Positions 12,761 through 27,169 of a stretch of DNA of 64,000 nucleotides are shown in pieces. The notes below the pieces were generated by a model, which worked only from the letters and a program-made list of their open reading frames with translations, searched no databases and had not been told where the DNA came from. The stretch comes from Octopus vulgaris (taxonomy: Eukaryota): the NCBI GenBank assembly GCA_951406725.2, contig OX597827.1, forward strand, positions 74,338,001 through 74,402,000, written 5' to 3'. How positions within the stretch are numbered: the first letter of the stretch is position 1; the number at the start of each line of letters is the position of its first letter. The position numbers and the translations under genes were made by a program.

Positions 12761-13079
12761 CCTACAAGCGGAGACTTTCAGTATACAATTATTTAAACAT
12801 ATCCCTCCCCTATACGAATTCCATCTACGTACATGTATATCAATATCTGCTATAAATCTCTATTTTTACTATGTCTGCTGGTTACCTGTATCGTCAGATA
12901 AGTTCAATATCTTTATTGGCATTACTCTCACCCTTATAAAATTTCAATCCCTTTGTTTGTTCTGCTCATCTTCCTCACTTATTTTTCTTTTACTTATTTG
13001 ACTTATATTTCACTCACATTTCCTATCATATTTAGCTTTTTTAGTCTTTAAATCCGTTTCGTTTTTCTACTTTCCCCTG

Positions 13080-13830
13080 TTTTTCTTGTTCTTTTTCATG
13101 CGGTTTGTTTTAAGGCTTACTGCTGGGCTATGGGCATCCAGCTCTGACAGCATAATCTATATGGTCAGTGGCTTCGGCGGTAAGTGCAATGTCATCTTCA
13201 AATGAAAGGTGTATTAATAATAGCCGTTGATGTTCATGCCACCTATCCAGTCAATGTCTCTGATGAGTATTTATAGACATTCGGTGTTGAGCTTAGGAGA
13301 GATGGTATCGCCTGGTTTGTGACTCTTTTAATTCGGATATTTTATTAGTAGCATAGCAGCGCTATATCAGTGTTGTATCCGGAGCTTATATCCCTTTGGA
13401 GTTTGGTGTATTGCGACACCTTGTATTTCCTGAGATTTCAGCACTGCCTTCAACACGATGTTACGGAAGGTCTCTCGTTGTCGACAAATGTGACTCACAG
13501 TCGCAGTTTGTATTGTTTCGCTCTGTTAGAAGTGAATTTGTGATCCATCGTAGTGTAGTATTTGCGGAAAATTTACTTGGAGTTGCGGGTGATGGCCACC
13601 AAGATATATCGATAGCCTGGTGTATATAACCTTTGTAACAGCTTGCAGAGCGGGTGAAATTGTGTTAGGTGTTCTTTATCCCCCTTCTCATGAATCCAGA
13701 TGATATTCAACACTTTCTTCGGTGAGAGTATTTTATCTTCCTTCAGAAAGCGATTGAAGCGTACTTCCACAGATCTTCGCTACACCTTAGCATCTCTGTT
13801 GCTATTCCACACTTTCTGGAGCTATTTTTC
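13080..13830 (-). mobile_element. Decayed Penelope-like remnant
   Basis: RLYTPGYRY resembles the PLE RT N-terminal YxPGYxYG; an AHSP-like motif occurs near 13120. Confidence 0.4.
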
Positions 13831-14249
13831 CTTTCATCAGCTTGCGACCATTTTCAGTTTCACTGACCAGAATATATACATTGCGAAGTTTATTATAACA
13901 GATATATGCACACACACACAAACACATACGCGCGCGCACACACACTTAGACGTATTTATACCTACATATAGAGACAGAAAAAGAGACATATAAAATGAGA
14001 AAGAGAGTGAGAGAGGGAGAGAAAGAGAGGATAGGTAGAAAACTTCCTCTGACAAGAGAATATATTGGATATTTGCAACACAACAAAAGCCACTGAAGTC
14101 ATTCAAATACTACGTGGCGGTAGTTTATGTCTGATGATGTATATTCACATTCAGCTACATTTATCCACGCCCAAGGTAATGTAAACTCATGTGTTCCTAT
14201 ATGTGTATGTGTGAGTTTGTGTATGAATATGAGTAGTGTTTATAGTTAT

Positions 14250-15278
14250 TGTTACGGAGGTAAAATTAACGGGAAAGCATTATGCCCTAGTTCCGTTGGT
14301 TGGAGTTGAACCGGCGCTCCAGTTGTTCAGGACTACGGGAAAAAAAAATAAAAAATTTTAAAAAATAATCTTTTGTCCTGTCAACGGCAACGGTAAAAAA
14401 AAATAATGAGTTTAGAAAGCGATCTCTGATCCCAACGGTCAGGGAAAGTTGAAAAAGAAATAATAATTCCACCCTTTTAAATGCGACGGACTGGTGTTAG
14501 CGCGGCAGACAGCGAGAGGCCGGAAAAAGGTTCAGTTGGCAAGAGGCGGCCAGTTGATGCAGCCAGCCAGCCAGGAGATAATAGTGGCAAGAGGCGAGGA
14601 AGACAGGCAGTGAATGTGATAGCGGCGAGCGGGAGGAAGTAAAGATGACAGTGAAGGGACAGGTACGAGAGACGGTTAGCAGGAACTGAAAATTTGTAGT
14701 AGGCTCAGAAAGTGTTGCAGACGGAATTTGGGTCGGTATTGTTTATTTACGTTTTGATTTGTGTTTTGAACTTTGATGTTTTGATTGTAAAAATATGGGG
14801 ACTCTGTGACATAATCTGTTGAAAAGAAAATTAAGAAAAAAAGACTGTAAAAAGAAGAAAAGAGAAAGAGACTCTAAACTGTAAAAAAAAGAAAAGAGAA
14901 AGACTATTTGTTTCGATTGTTTTCCAAATTCTGTAATTGTTTTGGTTAATCGAACAGTTGTATTACGTTTAAATGCCATTGATTGTTTTGATTTTTTAAA
15001 CTCTGTGCACGATCTGTTAAATGACTGTTAACCTCGTAGTTAAATGCTTCTGTTTGAAATGTTTTGATTGATTTAGTGAAGTTATATAAATTGTTAAATG
15101 TAAGCAACTGCCTCCGCTGTCTCTCTCCTTTTATTGTTGTTGTCTTCGGTTTTTTGTTTTCTGTGGTGGACTTCCGTTTGACTGAGCGTAGTCGTCGTCG
15201 CCGACTTAGGGCCCGTTATCGACTCGGAAGGCCTAGCGTCATAGGGTCCTGAGTTGAGTAGAGCGGCACGTCGTATCA
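14250..15278. mobile_element. Probable solo LTR (TG...CA)
   Basis: Ends TGTTACG...CGTATCA form an imperfect terminal inverted repeat; flanks TTAT/ATAT; GC-richer non-coding interior. Confidence 0.45.
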
Positions 15279-16129
15279 ATATTTTAAATTTCAGTTAAAC
15301 AAACACGAATGTTTAAAAAATTATTAAGACACTATACTTTAATACATTTTCGACATGATGGGAATATAATAGTTAACATTATTGAAAGAGATGAATCTGT
15401 TATTAATGTTATGCTAATGTTAGTAACAGAAGAGACAGTATAAGCTGAAAGTAATGATTTGTAAGCTAAAGATGCGAGCAATATTCCACTGTGGGTCTTA
15501 GTTGAGTACTATAGGGTGTTAACGATTCGTCAGAGTTAACTAAATTCCTGGCTCTAAAGGGGAAACCAAATCTATACGAAAAGGTTTAGACGTGTTTCTT
15601 CAGTTTCAACAGCGATTCTTGGACCCCGTATTTGTAACAACGTTCAAGGTTTTAGGTTTGTGTTGTTGGTGTTTAGAAAGTACGTAGTACAGGGTTGCAT
15701 TCGTGGTATGCATAGTGAATTAGTTTTATGCCATTGAAAGTAACAAGGTTGATTGACTCTATGTAAAGATTCTCTCGAACTCTCTATCAAGTTACTCAAT
15801 GTATGTTCGGCTTGTGTTAAGCTAATTCCATTCTTTTTTATTGTATATTGATAATATTTTAATTAAGGCTAATTATATATGATTATTTGATTTCACCATT
15901 GGGAACAAACTCAGTCACTTTTAGTTTTTACCATATATCCTTCAAAGTCCGTACAGTAGAAGATTCTATTTTCGTGCTATTCTCCGTCAAGGATTAATCT
16001 AATTGACAAGCTTAATAAGGGCATTTGTATTAGACGGTCGATTAGTATAATGGTATTATGACTTTTTTGACTCGATTAGACCTGGCTGCTCTAAATAACG
16101 CCTTTTGATTCCCTCTCCCTCTTTATTTA

Positions 16130-16550
<421 letters not shown>

Positions 16551-17145
16551 GAACAATCTCAACTAAAGCAGTATGAATGTAAAAATATGAACTCTGAGTA
16601 CATGCATTCGTATATATAAATAAATAAATATATATATATATATATGTATACAGTATATCTATAACTATAAAAGATATATATTTGTAAAATAGTGTGTGTG
16701 TGTGTTTTCCTTATGCATTTGAAAACGGCGTTGCCGAGTTTGAGGTATGTGGTATCAAAAGATTCAGTAATCCTTTGGCTACCAAATAAGCTTTATTTTC
16801 ATTTACATATTTTCTACATTATCTCAGTAACCAGCTATAGTTTTACACTTTCAATTTGAACCAAAATTACTAAGTCAATAATACATGTTTCTCTGAATTT
16901 GTCACATCTGTACTATAATAAAGAACGCTGCTTGTCATCTATATGTATATAAGGGCTACCAAATAAACTATATTTTTGGATCAACAACTCTTTTTTACTA
17001 CTAAAACAACCTCGGAAACGTGCAAAAAGGTGTATGCATATGTATTTATATACGTGTATATGAAAGATAATGCCTGTGTGTAGAGAGAGTGAGTGCCACT
17101 TACGCATACATGCAAAAAATATATAGATATCAACACACAACTTCA

Positions 17146-17185
<40 letters not shown>

Positions 17186-17409
17186 AACACACACACATTT
17201 ATGTCTATTTCATATACACGTACATGCATTTTTCACTTTCTCTTCTCTTTCATTTTCTGCTCTCACTTCAAACAAATGTTGCTTTTTCACTTTCTGGCCT
17301 CTTACAGTTTCTGCTCTCTTCAAAGCATAAAGAAATAACTTTTTTACGGATGTTCATGATCCCATAAGAGCGAATTGACAACTTATATACACATTTACAC
17401 ACACACACA

Positions 17410-17524
<115 letters not shown>

Positions 17525-18384
17525 TATGTAAAATTTCTGTACGAATTATATTATTTGTTGCTGGGAGCACACGCAAAATTACAGCTCAAATTCAATTGCA
17601 ATGACCTTATTTGTATTCTGTAATTTGCTTGTTTTGAGCGTATTTAAAAAAAAACCTATCTTCGATATTAAAGGAAGTTTACTCAGAAATCCTCTCCTTT
17701 ACCTGTTCTTACTAGCAGTCCAAGGTGATATTTGCACCACCCCCCTACTCCTTATTTTCTTTTCGAAATTTCTTTCGATTCCTATGTTTTCGATGTAGGA
17801 GATTAAGATTTGTGCCTAGCATGTCGGGTTTTCTGGTAGTGATCTGATATTTTTTATATCTGCTATATCAGTATAATTCTACGCATGCGTGAAACATCAC
17901 ATGAAAGTGAAACATTGGGAGAGTTTAGCTTTTTGAGGTGGGGGTAGGGGAATTCAGTGTTTCTTTAAGAAAATTTAACTTTAAAAAATAATATATATTT
18001 CCCAGATTCGTGATCTCAATGTTTTTCTACGAGGATAAAAAAAAAATGAAAAAAGTTACAAATTAAGAAATTGCGGTGGGGACCAGGCAGGGGAGACGAT
18101 ATTTTGAAAACGTTATCTCTGGCTAAAATCGTATTAAGCCCCTTTATATGATGGAACAATACATAGTTTGTGATTCTTCTTAAGAACAGAAAGCACTCTC
18201 CTGCACCCCATGCAAATTGTATCCTCCTCACTTCACTTTTAAACAATCTTTAACTTCATTACGCCATTCATCCACTTCACTATATATCAGCTGTGCCGAT
18301 TCTGCCCATAAGGAAGAAACAAATAATACGATGTGACTGTAGGCCATAACACCCAGGCAATGTCGGGGTGCATTGTTAGTATAC

Positions 18385-18489
18385 GATTATTTCCCATTCG
18401 ATTACATATTATCAGTTGGGATATCGTGTATGGTTTATCAAACATCACTTGCCTATATGGAACTGTTTCCCAGTCAGTACTTGCACATG
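18385..18489 (-). pseudogene. Partial, degraded duplicate of the 3' part of the F-type-lectin exon
   Basis: CASTDWETVPYRQVMFDKPYTISQLIICNRMGNN versus CASTDWGKDPYWEVMFDKPYTIYQLRIYNRMGIY; donor is GTATAC instead of GTAAGT; no acceptor. Confidence 0.88.
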
Positions 18490-18536
18490 CACGCGCCCGC
18501 ACAGACACAGACACACATATAAAAAGTATACATACC

Positions 18537-18571
<35 letters not shown>

Positions 18572-18601
18572 ATTACACTTTTATATACAAATGTACATAT
18601 A

Positions 18602-18967
18602 ATTACCTCCGCCAAGGAAGGAGGTTATATTTTCATTGGCGTTCATTTGTCCGTCTGTCCGTCTGTGTGCAAAATAACTCAGAAAGTTTTGAACAGTATT
18701 TGATGAAACTTGCAGGAAAAGATGGTAATGAGAAGGAAAAGAAAGTAATGACACAAAGATGGTAATGATGATTAAACTTTGGTAGTGATCCGGTATTTTT
18801 TATGGATTCTTGAAGGATTTTTCATTTGTTATATTTACTTTATATGAAGTATTGCAATGTTACGTTATTTGATTATCTCCAAACTTTCCAAAGTTTATTT
18901 TCTTTCTCTATTAGTTATTTTACTGGCGCATCTATCTTAAAATGAGCTGCTTGGCGGAGGTCTGCGG
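18602..18967 (+). mobile_element. Non-autonomous Helentron-type (HINE/DINE-1-like) element
   Basis: Subterminal inverted repeats ACCTCCGCCAAG / CTTGGCGGAGGT and an internal (GTCC/GTCT) microsatellite. Confidence 0.75.
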
Positions 18968-18969
18968 AT

Positions 18970-19420
18970 GATCACATGACAAGCCTTGACGATTGGGATC
19001 GACTCAAAAAACTCAGGCTTTGCTCCCTCCACCGCCACTGTGAGTTCTATATCATGTGTATGATGTGGAAAATATTCCATCCACATTGCCAATCTTTAAA
19101 ATTCGTGACATCCGTCCACTACAGAAATGTTCGTGTCCTATCACAACACTATTTTACCTCAATTGGCCCTGGTCTCTTCAACATCATGCCAGATACACAT
19201 AAAGGCGGAAACTGACTTCACGGCATTCAAACGATCCCTAGATGATTACCCTCAACAAATACCAGATAAACAACCCACACCCAGATATGTCTCTGTAAAA
19301 AATAACCTCTCTTTGAATGGGCTACGGTTCCCCAGAGCTGACCGTATCTCTACTAGGTGGTTCTATTAACTTAGACATGGCCTGAGTCAACATCGACCGA
19401 AACTTATCTAAGTAATCTAA
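18970..19420 (+). mobile_element. CR1/L2-group LINE 3' remnant
   Basis: WDRLKKLRLCSLHR..YIMCMMWKI, GPGLFNIMP and FKRSLDDY.QQIPD, then a short TAAG/TCTA tail. Confidence 0.75.
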
Positions 19421-20812
19421 TCTATGCTGTAACATTTTAATCAAAGGGTAGAGGCTGATATCTTAACATTTCTGATGATCTTAAGTATAAAACAAAATTA
19501 TTAAATATTTATATAGAACTACATTCAGAGTATGTCTATAAGCTATTGTGTTTAGACCTGGTTTCTATCCGCAAACTGTTCCGTTTTGTAGATGCAATTT
19601 AAAAGTTTTTTTATAATAAAGCATTCCGAAATTAGAAAAATCAAACATCTGCAACAATCTCGGTCCCATGAGTATCGGATAATGGAATTTCCACTGTGTA
19701 AAGAAACTGATTGTGATGATCGAAGTTTTGACGGTGATTGTGGTGAAAGCAGAGACAGTGTTGATGATGACGATGATCGAGATAAATATCGGAGGAGGAT
19801 AAAATAGTATCGGTGTTTATAATGGCGACAGGAGCGGTGTAATGTGTGACGCTGAGATGATGGTGGTAATAGTGGTGTTGATGATAGTGTTAGTTGCGTA
19901 ATGGTGGTATTGTAGTGGTTATACTGGTTGTAGTGGTGAAATTGACTGTCAAGGTAATCGTCATGATGACGTTGATGGCGGTGTATGCGGTTGAAGTGGA
20001 AGCAATGACAATGCTGTTGTTGATGTTGGTGATAGAGGTAGGATAGTTGTGGTGGTGATTGTGATATGGTGGTAGTGGTGGTCGTCGTCGTCAACGTTGA
20101 CGTCGGAGTGCTGCTCCTGATGGTTTGGCGAAGATCTGCTCTCTCCGAGTGCTTTTCTAGTTATGCATGTGTATGTGCGCGTGTGCACCTGTGTGCATAC
20201 ACATGTAGTTATACACAAATGCATGAACATTTCTTTTTAATATGAATACATTATATTCAACTCTGGCTGCTATAATACTGTATTACAAACAATCGGTTTA
20301 ATGATGGCGCGACCATAAAAATAGATACGAAAGCCACCAAAACCCTTACACTCTAAAGTGAAGTATTGCACTAGCAATTAGAGGAGTTACAGACCGAAAG
20401 GAAATTTTGTTGGCGAGGTCATAGCCGCCATATTATTAAAACAATACAACGTTTTCATCAATCACACGTTGGTCCCTTCTGATGTTCAAAGTAAAGAGAA
20501 AACAAAACTCATTTCCATTATCAAAAACAAATCAAATTTCATCAACAATAATAATATTCTTTTAACTTGCTATATAATATTTATATACACTGTGTCAACA
20601 TAAATAAACAAATGTATTGTGAGCCAACGAAGATTCTTTTAATCGGCCACTGGAATCGTTAGAACTAGCAAACAAACTTTCTGTCAAAACGCACGATACT
20701 GTCATTAGAATGACAGGAGAGTCACGGCTGGAACACTTTCGAAAATAATCCTGCTGAATCAAGATAAACTGAGACGAACCGACAACATTAATAACTTTTT
20801 AACAATACTTAC

Positions 20813-21073
20813 GATATATTCCCATTCGATTATATATTCTCAGTTGGTATATCGTGTATGGTTTATCAAACATCACTTCCCAATATGGATCTTTTCCCCA
20901 GTCAGTACTTGCACATGATTTATGCGTAATTCCAGGATCAAAATTTCCGTCAACTGCTTTGTCGGATGCCATCGATATATTCATTTTTTCACAAGTTCCA
21001 TTATGGAAGACTGTAGTTCCTTTTATTCCATATATACTTGTTTGCTGTGTAGTTTGACCTTGAGCAATATTAA
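20813..21073 (-). CDS. Host gene exon F: F-type lectin (fucolectin/FTP)-like domain, N-terminal part
   Basis: ttttccag|...|gtaagt, 261 bp, phase 1-1; VNIAQGQTTQQTS...ASDKAVDGNFD...HKSCASTDWGKDPYWEVMFDKPYTIYQLRIYNR. Confidence 0.93.
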
Positions 21074-21767
21074 CTGGAAAATATAAATGTCAGAATTAAT
21101 AAAGTGTAAAAAGGTTTTAGTATAATGTATCTTGAAAGTATAACTTATGAAACAGTCACACATTTATGTAGACCACATTTTTTGTACATAATAACATAAA
21201 TGCAGTGTATACCTTGTAAGACGTTTATTTATGTATCGCCCTTATTTACCGAATGGGAAATGACTGTTTTAATGCAAAAACTTAACATTTGTAAAGAAAA
21301 TATACGTAAAACATCTGGTAAGGATATCGACAAAGGTAGTGTATTCCTATAGCTTGAGGTTGCGAACTGGTAAAATTGCTACCGCACTTCTTTCACTATT
21401 ACGTTCTGAGTGCAAATGGCGCCGGGTTCGTCTCTACTTTTCGGAGTCCATAAAATAAGTACCAGCTGAATATTGGACTCCATGTAATAAACTATCCCCC
21501 TTCTCCGAACCTGCTGACCTCGTGCAAAAAAAAAAAAAGAAGCCGATACTCTTTTATCTTGAATAATTTTCTTCAACTTTACATCTGGCCGAATTTTTAG
21601 CGCAGACTTATTTTACATTGGATTCTAAAACACATTTCTATATTTGCTGTAGAAAATATTGTTTGGGGAAATCGAGATGAATATACAATTATGATGTACA
21701 ATTTGCTCTCCTCAAAATAACTGATTAATGAAGATTTTAAATTGAATATTATTAGATTAAATTTATA

Positions 21768-23480
21768 CAGTCATACCTCGCATTTCGAGTTTAATTCGTT
21801 CCATGGCCGAGCTCGTGTTTCGATTTACTCGTTTTACAAATCAATTTTCCCCAATTTTGAAATTAATTAAAATATAATTAATCCATTCCAGCCCCTCCCT
21901 CAAATCACGCCAAAATATTTTTTATGGTTTTTAAAACTGAAAAGGTGAAGTTACATGGGAAATGACAATTGTAAAAACATGATAAAAGAGAAGGCAAAAG
22001 AAATATGTAAACTGATTTTATTAATTCAATTACTTTAATGATAGGACGCTGTGTGCGCGAGGAAGACGATAGACCAGAGGAGGAGGATTATTGTTTGGAA
22101 GGAGAATTTCCTTCCATTAAGATTTGAGGGGTGTTTTCTGCCTCACTTCGCTTAATTTAGGTCTTTTGGACACTTTCTTTACGTTTCACACTTGGAGGTC
22201 GTTTCTTTAGAAACATATCAAGAGAAGTCTGCTTTTTCCTGCATTTCAAAATGTTAAGAAAATGTGCCAGACCAGTATCATTAGATAAAGCAGCTGCACG
22301 GCTTGTATATGCTTATTCAGGCTGATATTTTACTACAGATTCAGAAACATACTGCTACTTGCCAACACAGCCTTGAAGTCACCCGTAAAGATGACCATTT
22401 CTGCAGCACACTCCTACTCCGGGAACCAAATTCTTACACCACATCCGAATGCTGTTGTTCATGAAGCTGAAGGAGTTCATCTGTTGTCAGCTTCTCTGAG
22501 TGTTCCTCGATGAGATAGTTAATGTCCTCATCATCTACCTCGTGGCCCATGGACTTGTCAAGAGACACTATCTCCTCGACTACAGATGTCTCAGACTCAA
22601 ACCCTTTGAAATCTCTTTCGGATACACAGTCAGTTCACAGTTTCTTCTTTGTAGAATTCAGTGTTCTCCTCGTTACAATCTGCCAGACCATATCGATGAT
22701 TTTCAGCCAGTAAACAATGTTCTTGTGCTCCTTCCAAAACTCATGAATGGTTAGATTTGTATTTTCGGTGACTTCAAAGTACCGACGAAACCGGTGTTTG
22801 GTGTACTATTTCCTACGATTAGAAATCACCTGTTAGTCCATGGTCGGCAAATTAGGTATGGTGTTGCGTGAAATGTACATAACTCATAAATTCAGATTTG
22901 TCCAGGATATCATCTTTGAAGTTAAGAGGGTGAGCAGGAGCATTGCCGAAGATGAGGAGGGCCTTGTGAGGAAGGTCGTTTTACAGAAAGTACGTTTTCA
23001 CTGCTGCTCCGAAGATAAGGTTCACATACTGGGTGAAGAATTCCCTGGTGGCCCAGGCTTTAATGTTCAACCTCAACATGACCTGCAGCTTCTCCTTCAG
23101 AATTTTGTGCAACTTGAACGTTTGTGGGTTTTCGGAATGGTAGAATATGAGCGGCTTAATCTTCAAGTCTCCACTTGCATTGTCACAAATGGCAAGAGTT
23201 GGACTGTCATAGGCTTGTGGCGTGGCAGTTCTTTCTCCTCTGCAGTTATGTAGGTTTCTTCTATGTATTTCCTTCCAAAAAAAGGCCAGTTTCATCACAC
23301 CTGAATACCTTTTGTGCGATGTACCCCTCGGCTACGATGAGCTGACTGAATTCATGCACGAAATCCACAGTTGCCTTCGTGACAGAACTCGATGCTTTTC
23401 CATACCTGACAACGATATGAACACCAGACCTCTTCTTGAAATTATCGACAGCTGCGACCGGCCTTAAATATTTCTGCTGA
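21768..23480 (-). mobile_element. Tigger/pogo DNA transposon remnant
   Basis: TA|CAGTCATACCTCG terminus; CDNASGDLKIKPLIFYHSENPQTFK...NIKAWAT (DDE_1-like). Confidence 0.85.
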
Positions 23481-24074
23481 TGTCTCCTCCGTCGATGTAC
23501 TTTATAATTTCGCCCTCAATTAGACGTATGAGAAGAACCTTACCATTACGATACCGCAATATACTAAAGCATTGATACAGTCATAGGAATCTAACAAAAT
23601 AGAAAGACTGACATACAGAAATAAGCAATGTAATATATTTTGCAAGGTGGTGAGCCGACTGAGCGGTTAGCACTCCGGTCAAAATGCTTAGCGATATTTC
23701 ACCCAACTAATGTTTGGGGTTCAAATACCGCCGAGGTCGATAGTGCACCCTCCCCCAAAATTGCTGGCCTTGTACCAAGATTTGAAACCAGTATATTCTG
23801 TACGCACGAGAATAACATATCTCCGATTTGTTAGCAAAAGTTATGTAATTTACTGTATAGACTTTAGAATATATTACTGGTACCTATTGTATCGATACTC
23901 ACTGAAACGATGGAAATCAAGGTTAGTTCGGTCGAGGGGTGGAGATGAACTTGGAATGTAAAACGACATAAATAAATACTGGTCCACTGTGTCAATCATT
24001 TAAACCATGTTTATTATTTATCTTTTCCAAGTTCCATCCTCACATCGGATGCAATGGGCTTTCCTACATTATAC

Positions 24075-24107
<33 letters not shown>

Positions 24108-24629
24108 AGAAATTGTGAAACCCAATTCCACCAGCATTCATAGATTTTCCAAGTAACATAAATTAAAAAACTAAACACCGCAGTTTAAGAGAACACTCTC
24201 CAATGTAACTGTGCTCGTGCTGCGTAAAATTCTGAGCTTAATTGTGTCTTTGTTAAATCATTTAGCCCAGGATATATTATAATACAAAGAAGAGGATACT
24301 AACTAATTATTGCTCCGAAGTTTTTATATTATATTTAAGCACATCTATTAACGTTATGTGGTCAGCAGTAAATATTAATATCTGGTTTAAAATTTGAATA
24401 CTAAGGAGATGAACGGTATAGACACGTTTTCCCAGGCTACTCGCCAACAACTATACAAAAAAGCCATAAGCATCTGTATTATTCTGAATCTCTGAACTCT
24501 CCAATTTTTATTTGCTATTTGTACCATAACTACACAATATCCTACCGACAGATATTCGTAAACACACAATATTCCTATAAACGAATACACACAATTTTAT
24601 AGAATATTTTAACCACACATTTATCAATA

Positions 24630-25220
24630 TTCTTTTCTATTGTTGGCACAAGGCCCTAAATTTTTGTGGAGGAGATCAGTCGATTACATCGACTCCAGTA
24701 CGCAACTGGTACTTAATTTATCGACCCCGAAAGGATGAAAGGCAAAGTCGACCTCGGCGGAATTTGAACTCAGAACGTAACGGCAGACGAAATACCTATT
24801 TCTGTACTACCCACAGGAGGCTAAACACAGAGGGAACAAACAAGGACAGAGAAACGGATTAGGTCGATTACATCGACCCTGGGGCGTAACCAGTGCTTAA
24901 TTTATCAACCCCGAAAGGATGAAAGGCAAAGTCGACCTCGGCGGAATTTGAACTCAGAACGTAACGGCAGACGAAATACGGCTACGCTTTACAAATTTCT
25001 CAATATTCTTTTCTGCTCAAGGCACGAGGCCCAAATGTTTTGGTGGGAGGGATAGTCGATTAGATCGATCGAGTATGCAACTGGTACTGAATTTATCTAC
25101 CCCAAAGGATGAAAGGCAAAGTCGACCTTGGCGGAATTTGAACTCAGAACGTAAAGACAGATGAAATACCGCTAAGCATTTCGCCCTGTGTGCTAACGTT
25201 TCTCCCAGCTCGCCGCCTTC
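24630..25220 (-). mobile_element. Three head-to-tail SINE copies with a Nin/Deu-like core
   Basis: Repeated CCCGAAAGGATGAAAGGCAAAGTCGACCTCGGCGGAATTTGAACTCAGAACG; further copies near 23640, 30410, 41900, 42845, 43990 and 53870. Confidence 0.8.
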
Positions 25221-27169
25221 AGATTACTCAATATTGTAACGTCCACGAATATCCTTGTGTATTTCCGTACAATACTACACATAACAAATTCTTGGCTGAT
25301 TTTATTTACTATTGTTACCTTTTATACCTATACCTATATTTCATATTTAAGCACAAATTACTCAACATCAACATTTTTCCATTTTGGCATGAATAAGATC
25401 CAAACAGATGAAGAGCCACACATATGAATAATGAGAAGCACTCCATAAACAACAACAATAGAAAAGCAAAGAAGCGCTACAATGCCAACACAACCCGTTC
25501 ACAATAATCGCCGCTGGTCTGACCATACAAGGCCGTCGACTCCTCAATATGCCGCCGATACCTCGTCCGTCCGCACGTGAGCGACCTCACCTTCGCTGTC
25601 CTTGTTGCACTCCACATTGCGCTCCGGCAACCACCGAGCTCGAGATGTTGGCGTAACTGTGGCCTCCTAGTCCAACACCACTGTCTTTGTCGGGACTGAT
25701 CCTCAACTCTCTTCCAGGCAGACAACGTTGTCATCGCGTTTCCTGCCGCAATCGCGTGACCCCTTCCATCTGCCGGCAAACTACGGAAGCTCGCTGTCTG
25801 TTGCTGCTCCGTTGGTCGATGTCATCCCAGGAACGTCATTGCACGTTCTCGTGCCTTGCGCGACCAATCGTCAGTACTTTTCTTTTTTCTTTTAGCAAGT
25901 TAAGGAAATAAACATTCGCATTAACGTATTAATCATTCTTTCTGAGCTTGAAAGCAACAATAGCTCACGTTTAAATCTCAATGCCCAAACAGTTGTTCCT
26001 CTTTTTTAATAACCACCAAGGGAAGGAGACAAGTACAAAACAAACTGAAATAGCTTTCTACTTCACATCGTAGCTACATGGGTAAACTCACTCAAATCTT
26101 TCCACCTAGCCAAGATGACAAGCAACAACTACAACAATCCACACGACAGCTGTACCAAGTACAACAGCTATTCCTGCCACAAATAACTCAGCATGATGCT
26201 AAATAAATCATATATTAAGACTTAACACCATCATCAGCATCGTCATTATCACCAACACTGTCATTATCTTCCATGCCCCTTCATCTACTACTACTACAAC
26301 TAGCAGTAACCACCCTCAGTTACTCCTGATTTCTCTTTTTCCCACCACCACAACATCCCAACATTTATCAATACTACCAAACACACATACCACCACAACC
26401 ACCACTACTACTATCTCGACTCTGACGAAACTCAACAACTCCATTTCCCTCTTCAATGTCAGTTTTCCCCCAACGTCAAACCTTTACTAAACCCAATTTT
26501 ATTTAGTCCACTGCCTCTCTTTCCACACATTTAAGTCGAAATCCAAAAATATGACGCTATTCTTTACGATGACTGCAATTTCAACCACCAGCCTGGAGCA
26601 AGATGCTTGATTTACAGACACACCAAAACAACAGACGCACAAAAACCCAAATGAAATGATTCCCCTAAAATCTGCTGCTGTCCCCAACGCGAGATATTAT
26701 ATCTACAGCACTATTGTACGCTCACACATCTTCCAGGGATCGAAGTACAATCTCCTAGCCAACATCACAAGCTTCATAAAAACATATTCAGCCGCAGCTC
26801 TACCGTCACGTGATTTCCCCACTAATAAGGAAATAACGAAGCATCCAACAGAAACAAGAATAAAATCAACAGACCCAGCACAAACCTTGTCAACAACTCA
26901 GTAAACTGGAGATCATCCTATAGCAACAAAAACAAAACAAACAAACGACAAAACCGCCAATGTAACCACAGCTTTATCCACCAAATATTCCTTAACCAGA
27001 CAAATTATTCTTTCTTATCCACCCGAAAGCTAGCAAAAAAGATTCAGATAAATGTTTCCACTGTCACACATTGTCGTTGTTATTACCCTCGACACAATAT
27101 CTGCTCTTTTCGCTGATATTAAAACATAAGTCACTTTCGAGACCCTTGAAAAAGTCTAATCAAGCCACT

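Noticed and set aside
12835-12900. Further CUGANGA-like boxes (also near 13259, 15530, 42682 and 48000)
   Set aside because: No matching GAAA plus stem III and stem I; too degenerate to call
19552-20094. 180-aa His/Thr/Ser-rich ORF
   Set aside because: Degenerate (GAT/GGT)n low-complexity sequence
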